A stretch of DNA of 64,000 nt from an uncultured Verrucomicrobiae bacterium (GCA_963812605.1 CAWEWF010000014.1:800001-864000); one strand, 5' to 3'; positions 31,592 through 43,221 are shown, counted from the stretch's first letter. Made by a program: numbers and translations. Notes: generated from the sequence alone by a model not told the origin.

Positions 31592-34529
31592 AATCAGAAC
31601 CACTCAATTTGTCGACGATTCGCGCGCGCCTGGCTGCGACCCGTGGCAAACAGTATTGGCGGAGCCTGGAGGAAATCGCTGACACGAAGGAGTTTCAGCA
31701 GTTTGTGCAACGCGAGTTTCCCGCCCAGGCTTCGGAGTGGTACGACGAACTCAGCCGCCGTCAATTCCTGAAGATCATGGGCGCCTCTCTCGCGCTGGCG
31801 GGCCTCAACGCCTGCATGAAAATGCCGGAGGAAAAGATTGTCCCCTATGTCCGCCAACCGGAGGAGATCATTCCGGGTAACCCGCTTTTCTTTGCCACGG
31901 CCGTCACGCTGGGGGGCTACGCCAGCGGCTTGTTGGTGGAAAGCCACGAGGGCCGACCGACAAAGATCGAGGGCAATCCGCTTCATCCCGCCAGTCTCGG
32001 CGCCACCGATGCATTTGCGCAGGCTTCCCTATTGACACTTTACGATCCGGACCGTTCCCAGGTCGTCAGCAATGCGGGACAAATCAGCACCTGGTCCGAG
32101 TTCCTCGCGGCTCTTCGCGCTGGCCTTGAAGGCCAGAACGCCCACAAGGGAGCGGGCCTGCGAATTCTCTCGGAAACAGTTTCTTCACCAACACTTGCCC
32201 GCCAAATCGCGGTGATACTGGAGAAATTTCCGCAAGCCAAATGGCATCAGTACGAACCGCTGGCCCGCGATAATGCATGGGAAGGAAGCCGTCTCGCTTT
32301 TGGCGAGGCTGTCGAGACGCGTTATCATTTTGACAAGGCCGACGTAATCCTCGCGCTCGACGCCGACTTTCTTTTTCCGGTCCTGGTTGGGTGCGGTACG
32401 CGCGCGAGTTTGCCGACAAACGCCGCCTGCGAAGCGGACAGAACGCCATGAACCGTCTCTACGTGGTTGAACCCATCCCCTCCACCACCGGCGCGATGGC
32501 GGACCATCGGCTGGCGGTGCGCGCCGGTTTGGTGAAAGATTTTGCCGAGGCAATTGCTGGAGAGTTGGGCGTTTTAGATGAAAAGAAGGGTCTCCCGGAC
32601 GAGGGTCATAATCGATGGATCAAGGCCGTCGTTCGCGATCTGCAAAAGCATCGCGGGGCGAGCATTGTTCTCGCCGGGGATCAACAACCCCCGTCGGTTC
32701 ACGCCCTGGCACATGCCATTAACGCTGCGCTTGGCAATACGAGCCAGACCGTCAGCTATACCGCACCCGTCGCCGCGCGTTCCGTAAACCAATTGGAGTC
32801 GCTACGGGAGCTTGTCCAAGATATGCAGGCCGGCGTTGTCGAGACGCTGGTGGTCCTTGGTGGCAACCCGGTCTACAATGCACCGGCGGATTTTCGCTTC
32901 GCCGAGGCGATGTCCAAGGTGAAATTCCGCGTCCATCTGGGGCTCAACGAAGATGAGACTTCGCAGTTGTGCCATTGGCACATTCCCGAAACCCACTATC
33001 TGGAAACCTGGAGCGACTCGCGCGCGTTCGACGGGACGGTGACCATCCAGCAACCGTTGATCGCGCCCCTTTACAACGGGAAGTCGGCCCATGAATTTCT
33101 CGCGGCGCTTCTTGGCCACGCGGAACAAACCAGCCATGACATCGTTCGGGAATATTGGAGGGCGCATGGATTGGAGGACGACAATTCCTGGCATGCCGCC
33201 CTGCACGATGGAGTGATACCGGGAACTGTCTTCAAACCCAAAGCGGTGAGTTTGCGGCCGATTCAACATATCGAAGCGAGTGTTGACGCCGGGATGGAGT
33301 TGGTTTTTCTGCCCGACCCGACGATTTCGGATGGACGATTCGCCAACAATGGTTGGCTGCAAGAGTTGCCCAAGCCGTTGACGCGCCTGACCTGGGACAA
33401 TGCCGCGCTGGTGAGCCCCGCGACCGGAGAAAAACTCGGTGTCTCCAATGAAGATGTAGTCGAACTAAAGTTTGGCGGGCAAACTATGCGCGCCCCCATC
33501 TGGATTGTGCCGGGACAGGCGGATCAAACCGTCGTCGTAACGCTGGGTTACGGACGCACTCACGCCGGGCATGTGGGAAATGGCGTGGGATTTAACGCCT
33601 ATAACCTTCGTCGATCGGATGCTCTTTGGCTCGGGCAGGGACTGGAGATTCGCAAGACAGGTGAGCGACAGTCCTTGTCCTGCACCCAACACCATCAAAC
33701 CATGGAAGGTCGCGATCTTGTGCGCGTCGGGACGATGGAGGAGTTCCAGAACAATCCATCTTTCGCCCGCAACGAAATCGATCAGCCATCGCTCTACCCA
33801 GCACAAAAATATAATGGTTACGCGTGGGGCATGGCAATCGACCAAACTGCTTGCGTTGGCTGCAGCGCTTGCGTGGTGGCCTGCCAGTCGGAGAACAACA
33901 TCCCGATTGTGGGCAAAGAGCAGGTCGCGCGCGGGCGTGAAATGCATTGGATCCGTATCGACCGCTATTTCCAGGGTGAGTTGGACTCCCCGGCCATCTA
34001 TTTCGAGCCGGTTCCGTGCATGCACTGTGAAAATGCTCCCTGCGAAGTGGTTTGTCCCGTGGGCGCGACGCAACACAGCAATGAGGGGTTGAACGAGATG
34101 GTTTACAACCGCTGCATCGGCACGCGGTATTGCTCGAACAATTGTCCCTACAAGGTGCGGCGCTTCAATTTTCTCCAGTATTCAGACGTGAAAACACCCA
34201 GTTTGAAGATGCTGGCCAATCCCAATGTAACGGTGCGCAATCGCGGCGTGATGGAAAAATGCACGTACTGCGTCCAGCGGATCCAGGCCGTCAAGATTAC
34301 GGCGGAGATCGGAGACCGAAAAATCCGCGATGGCGAGATCATTCCCGCGTGCGCCCAGGTGTGTCCCACACAGGCGATTGTGTTTGGCGACATCAACGAC
34401 CCGAAGAGTCAGGTGGCCAGGCTCAAAGCCCAGCCCCATAACTACGGTTTGCTGGTCGAATTGAACGCGCGACCACGCACGACCTATCTGGCCCGGATCC
34501 GCAACCCTAATCCCGAAATCGAAACGTAA
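31588..34529 (+). CDS. actB: alternative complex III ActB (Tat-exported molybdopterin-oxidoreductase-like plus Fe-S domain); frameshift at T-run 32372-32376
   Basis: YWRSLEE, SRRQFLK, EGRPTKIEGNPLHP in ORF 31357..32451; Fe-S motifs CVGCSACVVAC, CMHCENAPC, CIGTRYCSNNCP, CTYC in ORF 32391..34529. Confidence 0.92.
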
Positions 34530-35905
34530 TGCCTGGCAATCCCAAAAAACGGCAAAAGTCGAGCGCTTTGACTCCGCAACCAGCAGTGGTTGCCCCGGGC
34601 TACACGTACGCCTCGGTCACCGAAAAAATCAGCGGCATTGTCCTGACGCGGCGTACCCCGTTGTTTTGGGTGGTCGTATTCACCAGCGCATTTCTTTTGT
34701 TCCTGCTGCTCTCGGTTGCCATCAGTTACCTGCTCTACAAAGGCGTCGGCATCTGGGGCATCAACATTCCCGTCGGCTGGGGATTTGCCATCGTGAACTT
34801 CGTCTGGTGGGTTGGAATCGGTCACGCGGGAACACTGATTTCCGCGTTTCTGCTGCTCTTGCGCCAGGAGTGGCGCACATCCATCAATCGGTTCGCCGAA
34901 GCGATGACACTCTTCGCGGTCGCCTGCGCCGGCCTGTTCCCGCTGCTGCATCTGGGCAGGCCCTGGGTTTTTTACTGGCTTTTCCCCTACCCCGATACGA
35001 TGCGGCTCTGGCCACAATGGCGCAGTCCCTTGGTCTGGGACGTATTTGCAGTATCAACCTATGCGACCGTGTCACTCTTGTTCTGGTTCGTCGGACTGCT
35101 TCCCGATCTGGCCAGCATGCGCGATCGGGCGCGAAACCGATTTGTGCGCGCACTGTACGGTTTTCTGGCCATGGGCTGGCGCGGCTCTGCGAAACACTGG
35201 CACCGGTACAAGATTGCCTATCTGTTGCTCGCCGGGCTGGCGGCGCCGCTGGTGGTGTCCGTGCACTCCGTGGTCAGTTTCGATTTTGCCGTCGCCATCG
35301 TGCCCGGCTGGCACAGCACCATTTTCCCCCCGTATTTTGTGGCGGGTGCGATCTTCTCGGGGTTCGCCATGGTCATGAGCCTCGCCATTCCGATTCGCAA
35401 GGTTTACGGGCTGGAAGACTTCATCACCCTGCGCCACCTGGACAACATGGCGAAGATCGTCCTGGCGACCGGTTTGATGGTTTCCTACGGATATGTGATG
35501 GAGATCTTCATGGCGTGGTACAGTGGGAATCCGTTCGAGGCGTTCGTGAGCACCAACCGCATGATTGGTCCCTACGCCGTCGTGTTCTGGATGCTGATCT
35601 TCTGCAACGTGCTCACCCCGCAAGTGCTTTGGTTCAAACGCCTGCGCACGAATATTCCCCTGCTCTTCATCGTTTCAATCCTGGTCAACATCGGCATGTG
35701 GTTGGAGCGCTTTATGATTGTCGTCGTCAGCCTGCATCGCGATTTCATGCCCTCGGCGTGGGGCATGTATTATCCGACGTTCTGGGACCTGGCGACATTG
35801 TTCGGATCGGTGGGTTTGTTCCTCATGCTGATGTTTCTTTTCATCCGCGTCCTGCCGATGATTTCGATCTTTGAAATGCGCGAACTGGTTGGAGAAAAGA
35901 AATGA
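34529..35905 (+). CDS. actC: alternative complex III ActC (NrfD/PsrC-like quinol-binding subunit)
   Basis: NFVWWVGIGHAGTLISA, HLGRPW, SPLVWDVFA, SVHSVVSFDF. Confidence 0.93.
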   Translation: MPGNPKKRQKSSALTPQPAVVAPGYTYASVTEKISGIVLTRRTPLFWVVVFTSAFLLFLLLSVAISYLLYKGVGIWGINIPVGWGFAIVNFVWWVGIGHAGTLISAFLLLLRQEWRTSINRFAEAMTLFAVACAGLFPLLHLGRPWVFYWLFPYPDTMRLWPQWRSPLVWDVFAVSTYATVSLLFWFVGLLPDLASMRDRARNRFVRALYGFLAMGWRGSAKHWHRYKIAYLLLAGLAAPLVVSVHSVVSFDFAVAIVPGWHSTIFPPYFVAGAIFSGFAMVMSLAIPIRKVYGLEDFITLRHLDNMAKIVLATGLMVSYGYVMEIFMAWYSGNPFEAFVSTNRMIGPYAVVFWMLIFCNVLTPQVLWFKRLRTNIPLLFIVSILVNIGMWLERFMIVVVSLHRDFMPSAWGMYYPTFWDLATLFGSVGLFLMLMFLFIRVLPMISIFEMRELVGEKK

Positions 35906-36447
35906 AACCGAAACCTCGACCGCCGATTTATGGTGTGGTGGCTGAATTCGATGCGCCGGAGGCCCTGGTCGCTGCCGCTGGAAAAACCATCGCGCAGGGT
36001 TATCGCAAAGTGGAGGCGAACAGCCCCTTTCCCGTCGAAGGCCTGGACGAAGCGCTTGGGTTTCATCATAGTCGCGTTCCCTTGCTCACCTTGATTGGAG
36101 GCGTCATCGGGTGTGTCGGCGGGTTTTTCATGCAATGGTTTTCGGCGGTCAAACATTACCCGATCAACGTCGGCGGACGACCGCTGAACAGTTGGCCCGC
36201 GTTTATCCCGGTCACATTCGAGTTGACGATTCTCTGCGCCGCGATTGCCGCGGTGCTGGGCATGCTGGCGCTGAACGGACTGCCGATGCCATATCATCCG
36301 CTGTTCAATGTCGCGCGCTTCGAACGCGCCAGCCGCGATCGCTTTTTCCTCTGCATCGAGGCCACTGACCCACAATTTGACCGCGAAAGTACGAAACAAT
36401 TTCTGGAAAGCCTGAAACCCAACGGCGTGTATGAAGTGGAACATTAA
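35902..36447 (+). CDS. actD: alternative complex III ActD (DUF3341)
   Basis: SPFPVEGL, YPINVGGRP, FIPVTFELTIL. Confidence 0.9.
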   Translation: MKPKPRPPIYGVVAEFDAPEALVAAAGKTIAQGYRKVEANSPFPVEGLDEALGFHHSRVPLLTLIGGVIGCVGGFFMQWFSAVKHYPINVGGRPLNSWPAFIPVTFELTILCAAIAAVLGMLALNGLPMPYHPLFNVARFERASRDRFFLCIEATDPQFDRESTKQFLESLKPNGVYEVEH

Positions 36448-37024
36448 AAAAACGGGGCGTGTCCTGGGGGCCGCGCTCACCTTGGCGTTGCTGACGGCGT
36501 GTGACATGCAGGATATGTATCAAGAGCCCAAGTATGAACCGTTACAGCCCAGCGAATCGTTTAACGATGGGCGTTCAGCGCGTCCGCTGGAACCGGATAC
36601 CGTGGCCCAGGGGCCATTGCGCACCAACACGCTGTTCTACACTGGCAAATCGGACGGAAAGAATGCAACGGCTTTGCCCATGCCGCTGACGGTGCAACTC
36701 CTAAAGCGCGGCGGCGAGCGATACGATATTTATTGCGCGCCGTGCCATGACCGCGTCGGTAACGGCAACGGAATGATCGTGCAGCGGGGATTTCGTCCGC
36801 CCGCGTCGTTTCATATTCAACGATTGCGCGACGCACCTATCGGTCATTTCTACGATGTCATGTCGACTGGATTTGGGACGATGGCTGATTTTTCTGCCCA
36901 AATCACGCCCGAAGATCGCTGGGCGATCGCGGCCTACATTCGCGCCTTGCAACTCAGCCAACACGCGTCGCTGGCACAGGTGCCAACGGAGCAACGACAG
37001 CGATTGGAGGCGCAAGGGCCATGA
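36431..37024 (+). CDS. actE: alternative complex III ActE monoheme cytochrome c lipoprotein
   Basis: Lipobox LTAC, DMYQEP, CAPCH, DRWAIAAYIRALQ. Confidence 0.9.
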   Translation: MKWNIKKTGRVLGAALTLALLTACDMQDMYQEPKYEPLQPSESFNDGRSARPLEPDTVAQGPLRTNTLFYTGKSDGKNATALPMPLTVQLLKRGGERYDIYCAPCHDRVGNGNGMIVQRGFRPPASFHIQRLRDAPIGHFYDVMSTGFGTMADFSAQITPEDRWAIAAYIRALQLSQHASLAQVPTEQRQRLEAQGP

Positions 37025-38193
37025 ACGATGTCGGCCGTATTCAACCAGTACTCGATCGTTTGCAAAAAACATTCCTGCGTATCGGCCTGGCAGCGTTGGT
37101 GCTGTGCGCGGTCGGCGCAGCACTGAACTCCAAACGATTCTTCGAGGCCTATCTGATGGCTTACGTTTTCTGGCTGGGAATTGCGCTGGGATGCCAGGCG
37201 ATTCTCATGATTCACCACCTGGCTGGCGGCCGCTGGGGATTCGCCGTCCGTCGTCTGCTGGAAGCGGCCAGTGGAACATTGCCATTGCTCACGGTGTTGT
37301 TCATCCCCTGTCTGTTCGGAATGCATAGCCTTTACATCTGGACCCGTCCGGAAGCGCTTGCCGCGGATGAACTGCTGCGGCACAAGCAGCCCTACTTGAA
37401 CGCTCCGTTCTTCGTGATTCGTGCGGGAATCTATTTTGCCGTTTGGCTGGGAACAATGGCCCTCTTGCGTCGCGCTTCGTTGGTTCAGGATCAAACACCC
37501 AGCCGAGAAGTGACGCGACGCCTGACGCTGATCAGCGGCGCCGGACTGGGTCTCTATATGCTGACGATGACCTTTGCCAGCATTGATTGGATGATGTCAC
37601 TCGAGCCAAGCTGGTTTTCGACCATCTACGGTCTTCTGATAATGACGGGCCAGGTTCTGTGCGCCTTCGCGCTGGTGATCATCGTTGCCGCATTCCTCGT
37701 TACGCATAAATCCTACGCGGAGGTCATTCTGCCTTTGCATTTCCATGACCTTGGCAACTTTCTGCTGACCTTCGTCATCTTCTGGGCCTACATGGCGTTT
37801 TCACAGTTCCTCATCATTTGGTCGGGTAATTTGCCGGACGAGAATTCCTGGTACCTGCATCGATTGGTCGGCGGTTGGAAAGGCGTGGGTGTCGTGCTGA
37901 TCGTCCTGCATTTCTTCGTCCCCTTCGTGTTGCTCTTGTCACGCGATCTCAAACGCCGTTCGTCCTGGCTCTCGCAGGTGGCGCTGACCGTCTTCGTGAT
38001 GGGATTGGTGGACATCTTCTGGATCGTCGCGCCGGGGTTCGGTCGCCCGGTATTTCGGATTTACTGGATGGATATCATGGGCCCGATTGGCATCGGTGGC
38101 GTGTGGCTGGCCATGTTCATCCAGCAACTGAAGGGTAAATCGACTGTGCCAGCGCATGACTCCCGTGTGGAGGAGGAATTGGAATGGGCATGA
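37021..38193 (+). CDS. actF: alternative complex III ActF membrane subunit
   Basis: DWMMSLEPSWFSTIYG, FHDLGN, FSQFLIIWSGNLP. Confidence 0.9.
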   Translation: MNDVGRIQPVLDRLQKTFLRIGLAALVLCAVGAALNSKRFFEAYLMAYVFWLGIALGCQAILMIHHLAGGRWGFAVRRLLEAASGTLPLLTVLFIPCLFGMHSLYIWTRPEALAADELLRHKQPYLNAPFFVIRAGIYFAVWLGTMALLRRASLVQDQTPSREVTRRLTLISGAGLGLYMLTMTFASIDWMMSLEPSWFSTIYGLLIMTGQVLCAFALVIIVAAFLVTHKSYAEVILPLHFHDLGNFLLTFVIFWAYMAFSQFLIIWSGNLPDENSWYLHRLVGGWKGVGVVLIVLHFFVPFVLLLSRDLKRRSSWLSQVALTVFVMGLVDIFWIVAPGFGRPVFRIYWMDIMGPIGIGGVWLAMFIQQLKGKSTVPAHDSRVEEELEWA

Positions 38194-38552
38194 ACGAAAA
38201 CCGGCAGCAACGGGGTTATGAGAAGCGCGATATCAGCGTCGTCGCCGTGGCGCTCTTTGCCGCCAGTCTGGTGCTGGCCCTGCTCATCGTACATTATTTG
38301 GCGCTGGGGACATTTCATCATCTGGCCGGGCAATCCTCGGGGTACGCAGCCCCTTCGCCCCTGGCCAAAACGCGGGAAGAATTCACGGGACCGCGATTGC
38401 TGGTCAACCAGAAGTTGGACATGGAGACATTTCGCGCTTCTGAAGACAACTTGCTCAACAATTACGGTTGGGTTGATCGGAATCGGGGCGTCGTCCGCAT
38501 TCCCATCGACCGCGCCATCGATCTTCTGGCGCAACAGGGAACCGTGCCATGA
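38190..38552 (+). CDS. ActG-like small membrane subunit
   Basis: GYEKRD, one TM, PRL, YGWVDR...RIPIDRAI; position after actF. Confidence 0.7.
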   Translation: MNENRQQRGYEKRDISVVAVALFAASLVLALLIVHYLALGTFHHLAGQSSGYAAPSPLAKTREEFTGPRLLVNQKLDMETFRASEDNLLNNYGWVDRNRGVVRIPIDRAIDLLAQQGTVP

Positions 38553-39346
38553 AAGCTCTGGCCCTGATTATCCTGATCCTGGGTTTCGCCGCGGCGACGC
38601 GGGCGGAGGACAATCGCCCACCCGCGCTAAAGGGAGTCGGAATCGATCAGCGGCTGAATGCGCAAGTGCCATTGGATTTGATGTTTCGCGACGAGGACGG
38701 CAGATCCGTCAGGCTCGGTGATTATTTCGGCAGCAAGCCCGTCATTCTCGCGCTCGTCTACTACAAATGCCCGATGTTATGCACCCTGACCCTGAATGGG
38801 TTGGAGCGCACCATGCGAGTCATGCCGTTCGACGTCGGCGATCAGTACACCGTGGTCACCGTGAGTTTTGATCCGCGCGAAACCCCTGCCTTGGCCACTG
38901 CCAAGAAACAGGAATACCTGGCGCATTACGGACGACCGGGCGGCGCGACGGGCTGGCATTTTTTGACGGGAGAAGAGTCGTCGATCCGCCCGCTTACCGA
39001 AGTTGTTGGATTCCATTACAACTACGATCCGCAATCCGGGCAGTATGCCCACACGACCGGCCTGGTCGTCTTGACGCCACAAGGAAGAATTGCCCGCTAT
39101 TTTTATGGTGTGGAATTCTCTCCACGCGATTTGCGGCTGTCGTTGGTGGAAGCGTCCGCGAATAAAATCGGCTCGCGGGTCGATGAGATCCTGCTGTTCT
39201 GTTTTCACTACGACCCGGCAACGGGCAAATACGGGCTGGTAATCATGCGCGTCATTCAATTTGCCGGCGCAATCACGGTCTTGGCGCTGGGATCGTTCCT
39301 GGCGGTGATGTTGCTGCGAGAAAAAGAATCCAGGCTCAGAACATAG
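38549..39346 (+). CDS. SCO family copper chaperone
   Basis: CPMLC, GWHFLTG, YAH; precedes coxB. Confidence 0.9.
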   Translation: MKALALIILILGFAAATRAEDNRPPALKGVGIDQRLNAQVPLDLMFRDEDGRSVRLGDYFGSKPVILALVYYKCPMLCTLTLNGLERTMRVMPFDVGDQYTVVTVSFDPRETPALATAKKQEYLAHYGRPGGATGWHFLTGEESSIRPLTEVVGFHYNYDPQSGQYAHTTGLVVLTPQGRIARYFYGVEFSPRDLRLSLVEASANKIGSRVDEILLFCFHYDPATGKYGLVIMRVIQFAGAITVLALGSFLAVMLLREKESRLRT

Positions 39347-39349
39347 ATC

Positions 39350-40300
39350 ATGTGGCGAACATTTCCTCTATTTCCGGAGCAGGCATCCACCGTGGCCGGA
39401 TCGGTGGATATGCTCTATTTCTTCCTGATTGGCGTCAGCGCCTTTTTCGCGTGCCTGATTTTTGCCTTGATCGCGTATTTCGTGGTGAAATATCGGCATC
39501 GCCCCGGTCACGAGCGGGCGGTGCCAACGCGGACCCATATCGGCCTGGAAATCGCCTGGACGGGCATCCCGCTGTTGCTGACGGTTGTCATGTTCCTCTG
39601 GGGTGCGAAGCTCTTTTTCAATGACTACAACCCGCCCGCCGACGCCATGGAAGTTTTCGTGGTCGGCAAGCAATGGATGTGGAAATTTCAACATCCGGAA
39701 GGCCGGGCGGAAATCAATGAGTTGCATGTCCCGCGTGGACAACCGGTCAAATTGACGATGATTTCCGAGGACGTGATTCATGATCTGTTTGTGCCCGCGT
39801 TTCGCGTGAAGAAGGACGTGTTGCCAGGTCGGTACACCATGGTGTGGTTTGAGGCAACCAGGATCGGCTCCTACCATCTGTTTTGCGCCCAGTACTGCGG
39901 CACGCAACACTCAAAGATGGGTGGCTGGGTGCACGTGATGGAACCGGCGGACTATGCCAAATGGATTGAAGGCCCGGGCGCGGGTGAACCTTTGCCGGTG
40001 GCAGGCGCGCAATTGTTTCACAAACTGGGTTGCGCCGCCTGTCATCTCCCCCAGGGCAACGGCCAGGGACCCTCGTTGGTGGGAGTTTTTGGGCGGCCAG
40101 TGAAGTTGAATTCCGGCGCGACCATCGAGGCGAATGAAGATTATATCCGCGAAACAATTTCCCACCCGGGAGTCAAGGTTGTCGCCGGCTATCAGCCCAT
40201 TATGCCCACGTTCAAGGGACTGGTTGGCGAGGAGGGAATGCAACAGCTCATCGCCTACATCAAATCGCTGGGCAATGAAAGCGGGGCAAAGAACCCATGA
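39350..40300 (+). CDS. coxB: cytochrome c oxidase subunit II with fused cytochrome c (caa3 type)
   Basis: [21 protein letters not shown] CuA site, C-terminal CAACH. Confidence 0.95.
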   Translation: MWRTFPLFPEQASTVAGSVDMLYFFLIGVSAFFACLIFALIAYFVVKYRHRPGHERAVPTRTHIGLEIAWTGIPLLLTVVMFLWGAKLFFNDYNPPADAMEVFVVGKQWMWKFQHPEGRAEINELHVPRGQPVKLTMISEDVIHDLFVPAFRVKKDVLPGRYTMVWFEATRIGSYHLFCAQYCGTQHSKMGGWVHVMEPADYAKWIEGPGAGEPLPVAGAQLFHKLGCAACHLPQGNGQGPSLVGVFGRPVKLNSGATIEANEDYIRETISHPGVKVVAGYQPIMPTFKGLVGEEGMQQLIAYIKSLGNESGAKNP

Positions 40301-41916
40301 CGAATGCTGAACCAGTGTCGTCGCTGCCGCGCGACCATTACTTGAATGGTCAGTATGGCATCAAATCCTGGTTGCTGACGACGGACCACAAGCGCATCGC
40401 ACTGCTGTACCTGGTTTCCGTCACTCTCTTTTTCTTGCTGGGCGGAATTTATGCCGCGCTGATCCGTCTGGAATTACTGACCCCCTACGGCCGCTTCGTA
40501 TCCGACGAGAACTACAATAAACTCTTTACGATGCATGGGCTGGTCATGATTTTCTTCTTCCTGATCCCCTCCATCCCGTCGGTGCTTGGTAATTTCCTGT
40601 TGCCGCTGATGATCGGTGCGCGCGACCTGGCTTTCCCGCGGATCAACCTTGCGAGTTGGTACATCTACATCCTGGGGGGGATTTTCACCATCACCGCCGC
40701 TGTAACCGGCGGCGTGGACACCGGTTGGACCTTTTACACGCCGTACAGTAGCACCTACTCCAACTCCGCCGTCATCACGATGGCTGTGGGCGTCTTCATC
40801 ACCGGCTTCTCCTCCATCTTCACGGGCCTCAACTTCATCGTCACCACTCACAAGATGCGGGCGCCCGGGCTGACATGGTTCCGGCTGCCGCTCTTTGTTT
40901 GGGCGTTGTATGGAACCAGCCTCATTATGGTATTGGGCACACCGGTCCTGGCGATTACCCTGGCGCTGGTCGGGCTCGAGCGAATTTTTCACGTTGGTAT
41001 TTTCAATCCTGCCATGGGCGGCGATCCCCTGCTATTTCAGCATCTGTTCTGGTTTTATTCGCACCCCGCCGTGTACATCATGATCCTGCCTTCCATGGGC
41101 GTGGTCAGTGAAGTTATTGCCTGCTTCTCGCGGAAAAAGATTTTCGGCTACAAATTCGTCGCGTTTTCCAGCCTGGCGATTGCGGTCCTGGGATTTCTGG
41201 TGTGGGGACACCATATGTTCGTTTCTGGCCAATCGGTTTACGCGGGAATGGTGTTTTCGATCCTGAGCTTCGCGGTGGCCATACCCTCCGCCGTTAAAGT
41301 CTTCAACTGGACGGCGACGCTCCACAAAGGCGCGGTGATTTACCAGACCCCCATGCTCTACAGCCTCGGATTCATCGGGCTGTTTACCATCGGCGGATTA
41401 ACGGGATTATTTCTGGCGACCCTCGGCGTGGATGTGCATGTGCATGACACTTACTTTGTGATCGCCCACTTTCATTACATCATGGTCGGCGGCGCGGTCA
41501 TGGGCTACATGAGCGGCCTGCATTATTGGTGGCCAAAGATGACCGGGCGGCTCTATCCCGAAAGCTGGGGTCGACTGGCCGCGCTGATCATCTTCATCGG
41601 GTTCAACCTGACATTTTTTCCGCAATTTGTCCTCGGCTACCTGGGCATGCCCCGTCGGTATCATACATACCCACCGGAGTTTCAGGTGCTGAACGTCATG
41701 TCTTCCGCCGGGGCTTCGATCCTTGGCGTCGGTTATCTTCTTCCGCTGCTCTACCTGATTTGGTCGCTGCGTTACGGTCCGGTGGCGGGCCCGAATCCAT
41801 GGCGGGCGACCGGCTTGGAATGGCAAACGTCTTCGCCGCCGCCGACCGACAATTTCCAGGAGACGCCGATTGTGACCGACGAGGCGTACAACTACGAGGG
41901 CATGGACAGTGGCTGA
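40297..41916 (+). CDS. coxA: cytochrome c oxidase subunit I, A2 type
   Basis: [19 protein letters not shown] (YS motif), WGHHMF, AHFHY, GMPRRY. Confidence 0.97.
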   Translation: MTNAEPVSSLPRDHYLNGQYGIKSWLLTTDHKRIALLYLVSVTLFFLLGGIYAALIRLELLTPYGRFVSDENYNKLFTMHGLVMIFFFLIPSIPSVLGNFLLPLMIGARDLAFPRINLASWYIYILGGIFTITAAVTGGVDTGWTFYTPYSSTYSNSAVITMAVGVFITGFSSIFTGLNFIVTTHKMRAPGLTWFRLPLFVWALYGTSLIMVLGTPVLAITLALVGLERIFHVGIFNPAMGGDPLLFQHLFWFYSHPAVYIMILPSMGVVSEVIACFSRKKIFGYKFVAFSSLAIAVLGFLVWGHHMFVSGQSVYAGMVFSILSFAVAIPSAVKVFNWTATLHKGAVIYQTPMLYSLGFIGLFTIGGLTGLFLATLGVDVHVHDTYFVIAHFHYIMVGGAVMGYMSGLHYWWPKMTGRLYPESWGRLAALIIFIGFNLTFFPQFVLGYLGMPRRYHTYPPEFQVLNVMSSAGASILGVGYLLPLLYLIWSLRYGPVAGPNPWRATGLEWQTSSPPPTDNFQETPIVTDEAYNYEGMDSG

Positions 41917-42556
41917 TTCCCAGACGATTGTCGCGCATCAGTTTGATGACGCAGCGCAACAGCATGAGTCCTCGACGCTGGGCATGTGGATTTTCCTGGC
42001 GACGGAAATCATGTTTTTTGGCGGGCTATTCACCAGCTACACGGTCTATCGGGTCATGCACCCGGTGGCATTCGAGGCGGCCAGTCATCATCTCGATATT
42101 GTCCTCGGCGCCCTCAATACGGGCGTATTGTTGACCAGCAGCCTGACCATGGCCCTGGCCGTCCGCTCCGCGCAAACCGGCAAACGACGGAACACGGTGG
42201 CGTTTCTCATCGTGACCATGTTGTTGGGCGCTGCCTTTCTGTGCATCAAGGGGCTGGAGTATTACCAGAAATACACCGACCACCTCGTGCCGGGCCCGTC
42301 GTTCTCGTTTCCGGGTCCGCATTCACACGAAGCGGAAATGTTCTTCTACCTTTACTTCGCCATGACCGGGCTGCATGCCATTCATATGATTGCGGGCCTC
42401 GGTGTGGTCAGTGTCATCGCGATTCAAGCGGCGCGCGGACGCTTTACACCCGCCTACTACACGCCGCTGGAGGTTACCGGCCTCTATTGGCATTTTGTGG
42501 ACATCATTTGGATTTTTCTGTTCCCGTTGCTGTATCTAATTGGGAGCCGCGGATGA
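41909..42556 (+). CDS. coxC: cytochrome c oxidase subunit III
   Basis: [30 protein letters not shown]. Confidence 0.95.
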   Translation: MADSQTIVAHQFDDAAQQHESSTLGMWIFLATEIMFFGGLFTSYTVYRVMHPVAFEAASHHLDIVLGALNTGVLLTSSLTMALAVRSAQTGKRRNTVAFLIVTMLLGAAFLCIKGLEYYQKYTDHLVPGPSFSFPGPHSHEAEMFFYLYFAMTGLHAIHMIAGLGVVSVIAIQAARGRFTPAYYTPLEVTGLYWHFVDIIWIFLFPLLYLIGSRG

Positions 42557-42855
42557 CGACGCAACATATCGTACCGGTGAAGGTGTATGTGGCGGTGTTC
42601 GTCGCACTGCTCGTGCTGCTCGCCCTTACGGTGGCCGCGAGCTACGTGCCTCTCGGCAGGTTCAACGTCGTCATCGCCATGACGATTGCCATCGCCAAGA
42701 CATTTCTCGTGATGTTGTTCTTCATGCATGTGCGCCACAGCGGCCGGCTCATCTGGATTTATGTGGGCGTCGGCTTCTTCTGGCTGGCCATCCTCCTCGC
42801 GCTAACAATGAGCGACTTCCTGACCCGGTGGTGGCCGCCTTTCCTCGGCGGGTAA
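42553..42855 (+). CDS. coxD: cytochrome c oxidase subunit IV
   Basis: C-terminal 100 aa of ORF 41986..42855; three TM, KTFLVMLFFMH; ATGA overlap with coxC. Confidence 0.88.
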   Translation: MTTQHIVPVKVYVAVFVALLVLLALTVAASYVPLGRFNVVIAMTIAIAKTFLVMLFFMHVRHSGRLIWIYVGVGFFWLAILLALTMSDFLTRWWPPFLGG

Positions 42856-42948
42856 GTCAGGCCGCACCATTCGCAATCCAAAAATCCGCGGTCTGATTTG
42901 GAGCTTGAATCCCCTGCGATGGGAAGCGAAGCTGCCGGAAGCGCCTGT

Positions 42949-42989
42949 GGGCCTGTAGCTCAGTTGGTTAGAGCAGGGGACTCATAATC
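42949..42989 (+). pseudogene. 5' half of tRNA-Ile2/Met (CAT), truncated just after the anticodon loop; probable att site
   Basis: GGGCCTG-TAGCTCAGTTGGTTAGAGC-AGGGGA-CTCATAA-TC, then unrelated sequence; no T arm or 3' acceptor strand. Confidence 0.85.
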
Positions 42990-43115
42990 GGAAAACGGTG
43001 TTTTCGCCGCTTGTTGCAATGATTGCTTATCGTTGGCAACGTTGACGGAGAGAAGAAGTTAGCAAAGATTGTCCGTTCGTTTCGGTTAGCTCCGATTTGC
43101 CCCAAAAAGGTCATA

Positions 43116-43221
43116 CAGTCTCAGATTGCAGTATCAGATCACGGAGCAGAGGACTCGGTCAGAAGTCCGTTCAGTCCCTTACCCTTTAATTGGCGAATCT
43201 GATACTGACCAGTATCAGATT
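43116..43221. repeat. four copies of CAGTMTCAGAT (tandem pair plus inverted pair)
   Basis: 43116-43126 and 43129-43139 direct; AATCTGATACTG-AC-CAGTATCAGATT palindrome at 43196-43221. Confidence 0.85.

Noticed and set aside
32372-32391. Naturally split ActB1/ActB2
   Set aside because: The break lies in a T-run early in the molybdopterin-like domain, not at the Fe-S domain boundary; one added T restores the frame
41986-42552. N-terminal extension of coxD
   Set aside because: Out-of-frame overlap with coxC; the real start is 42553
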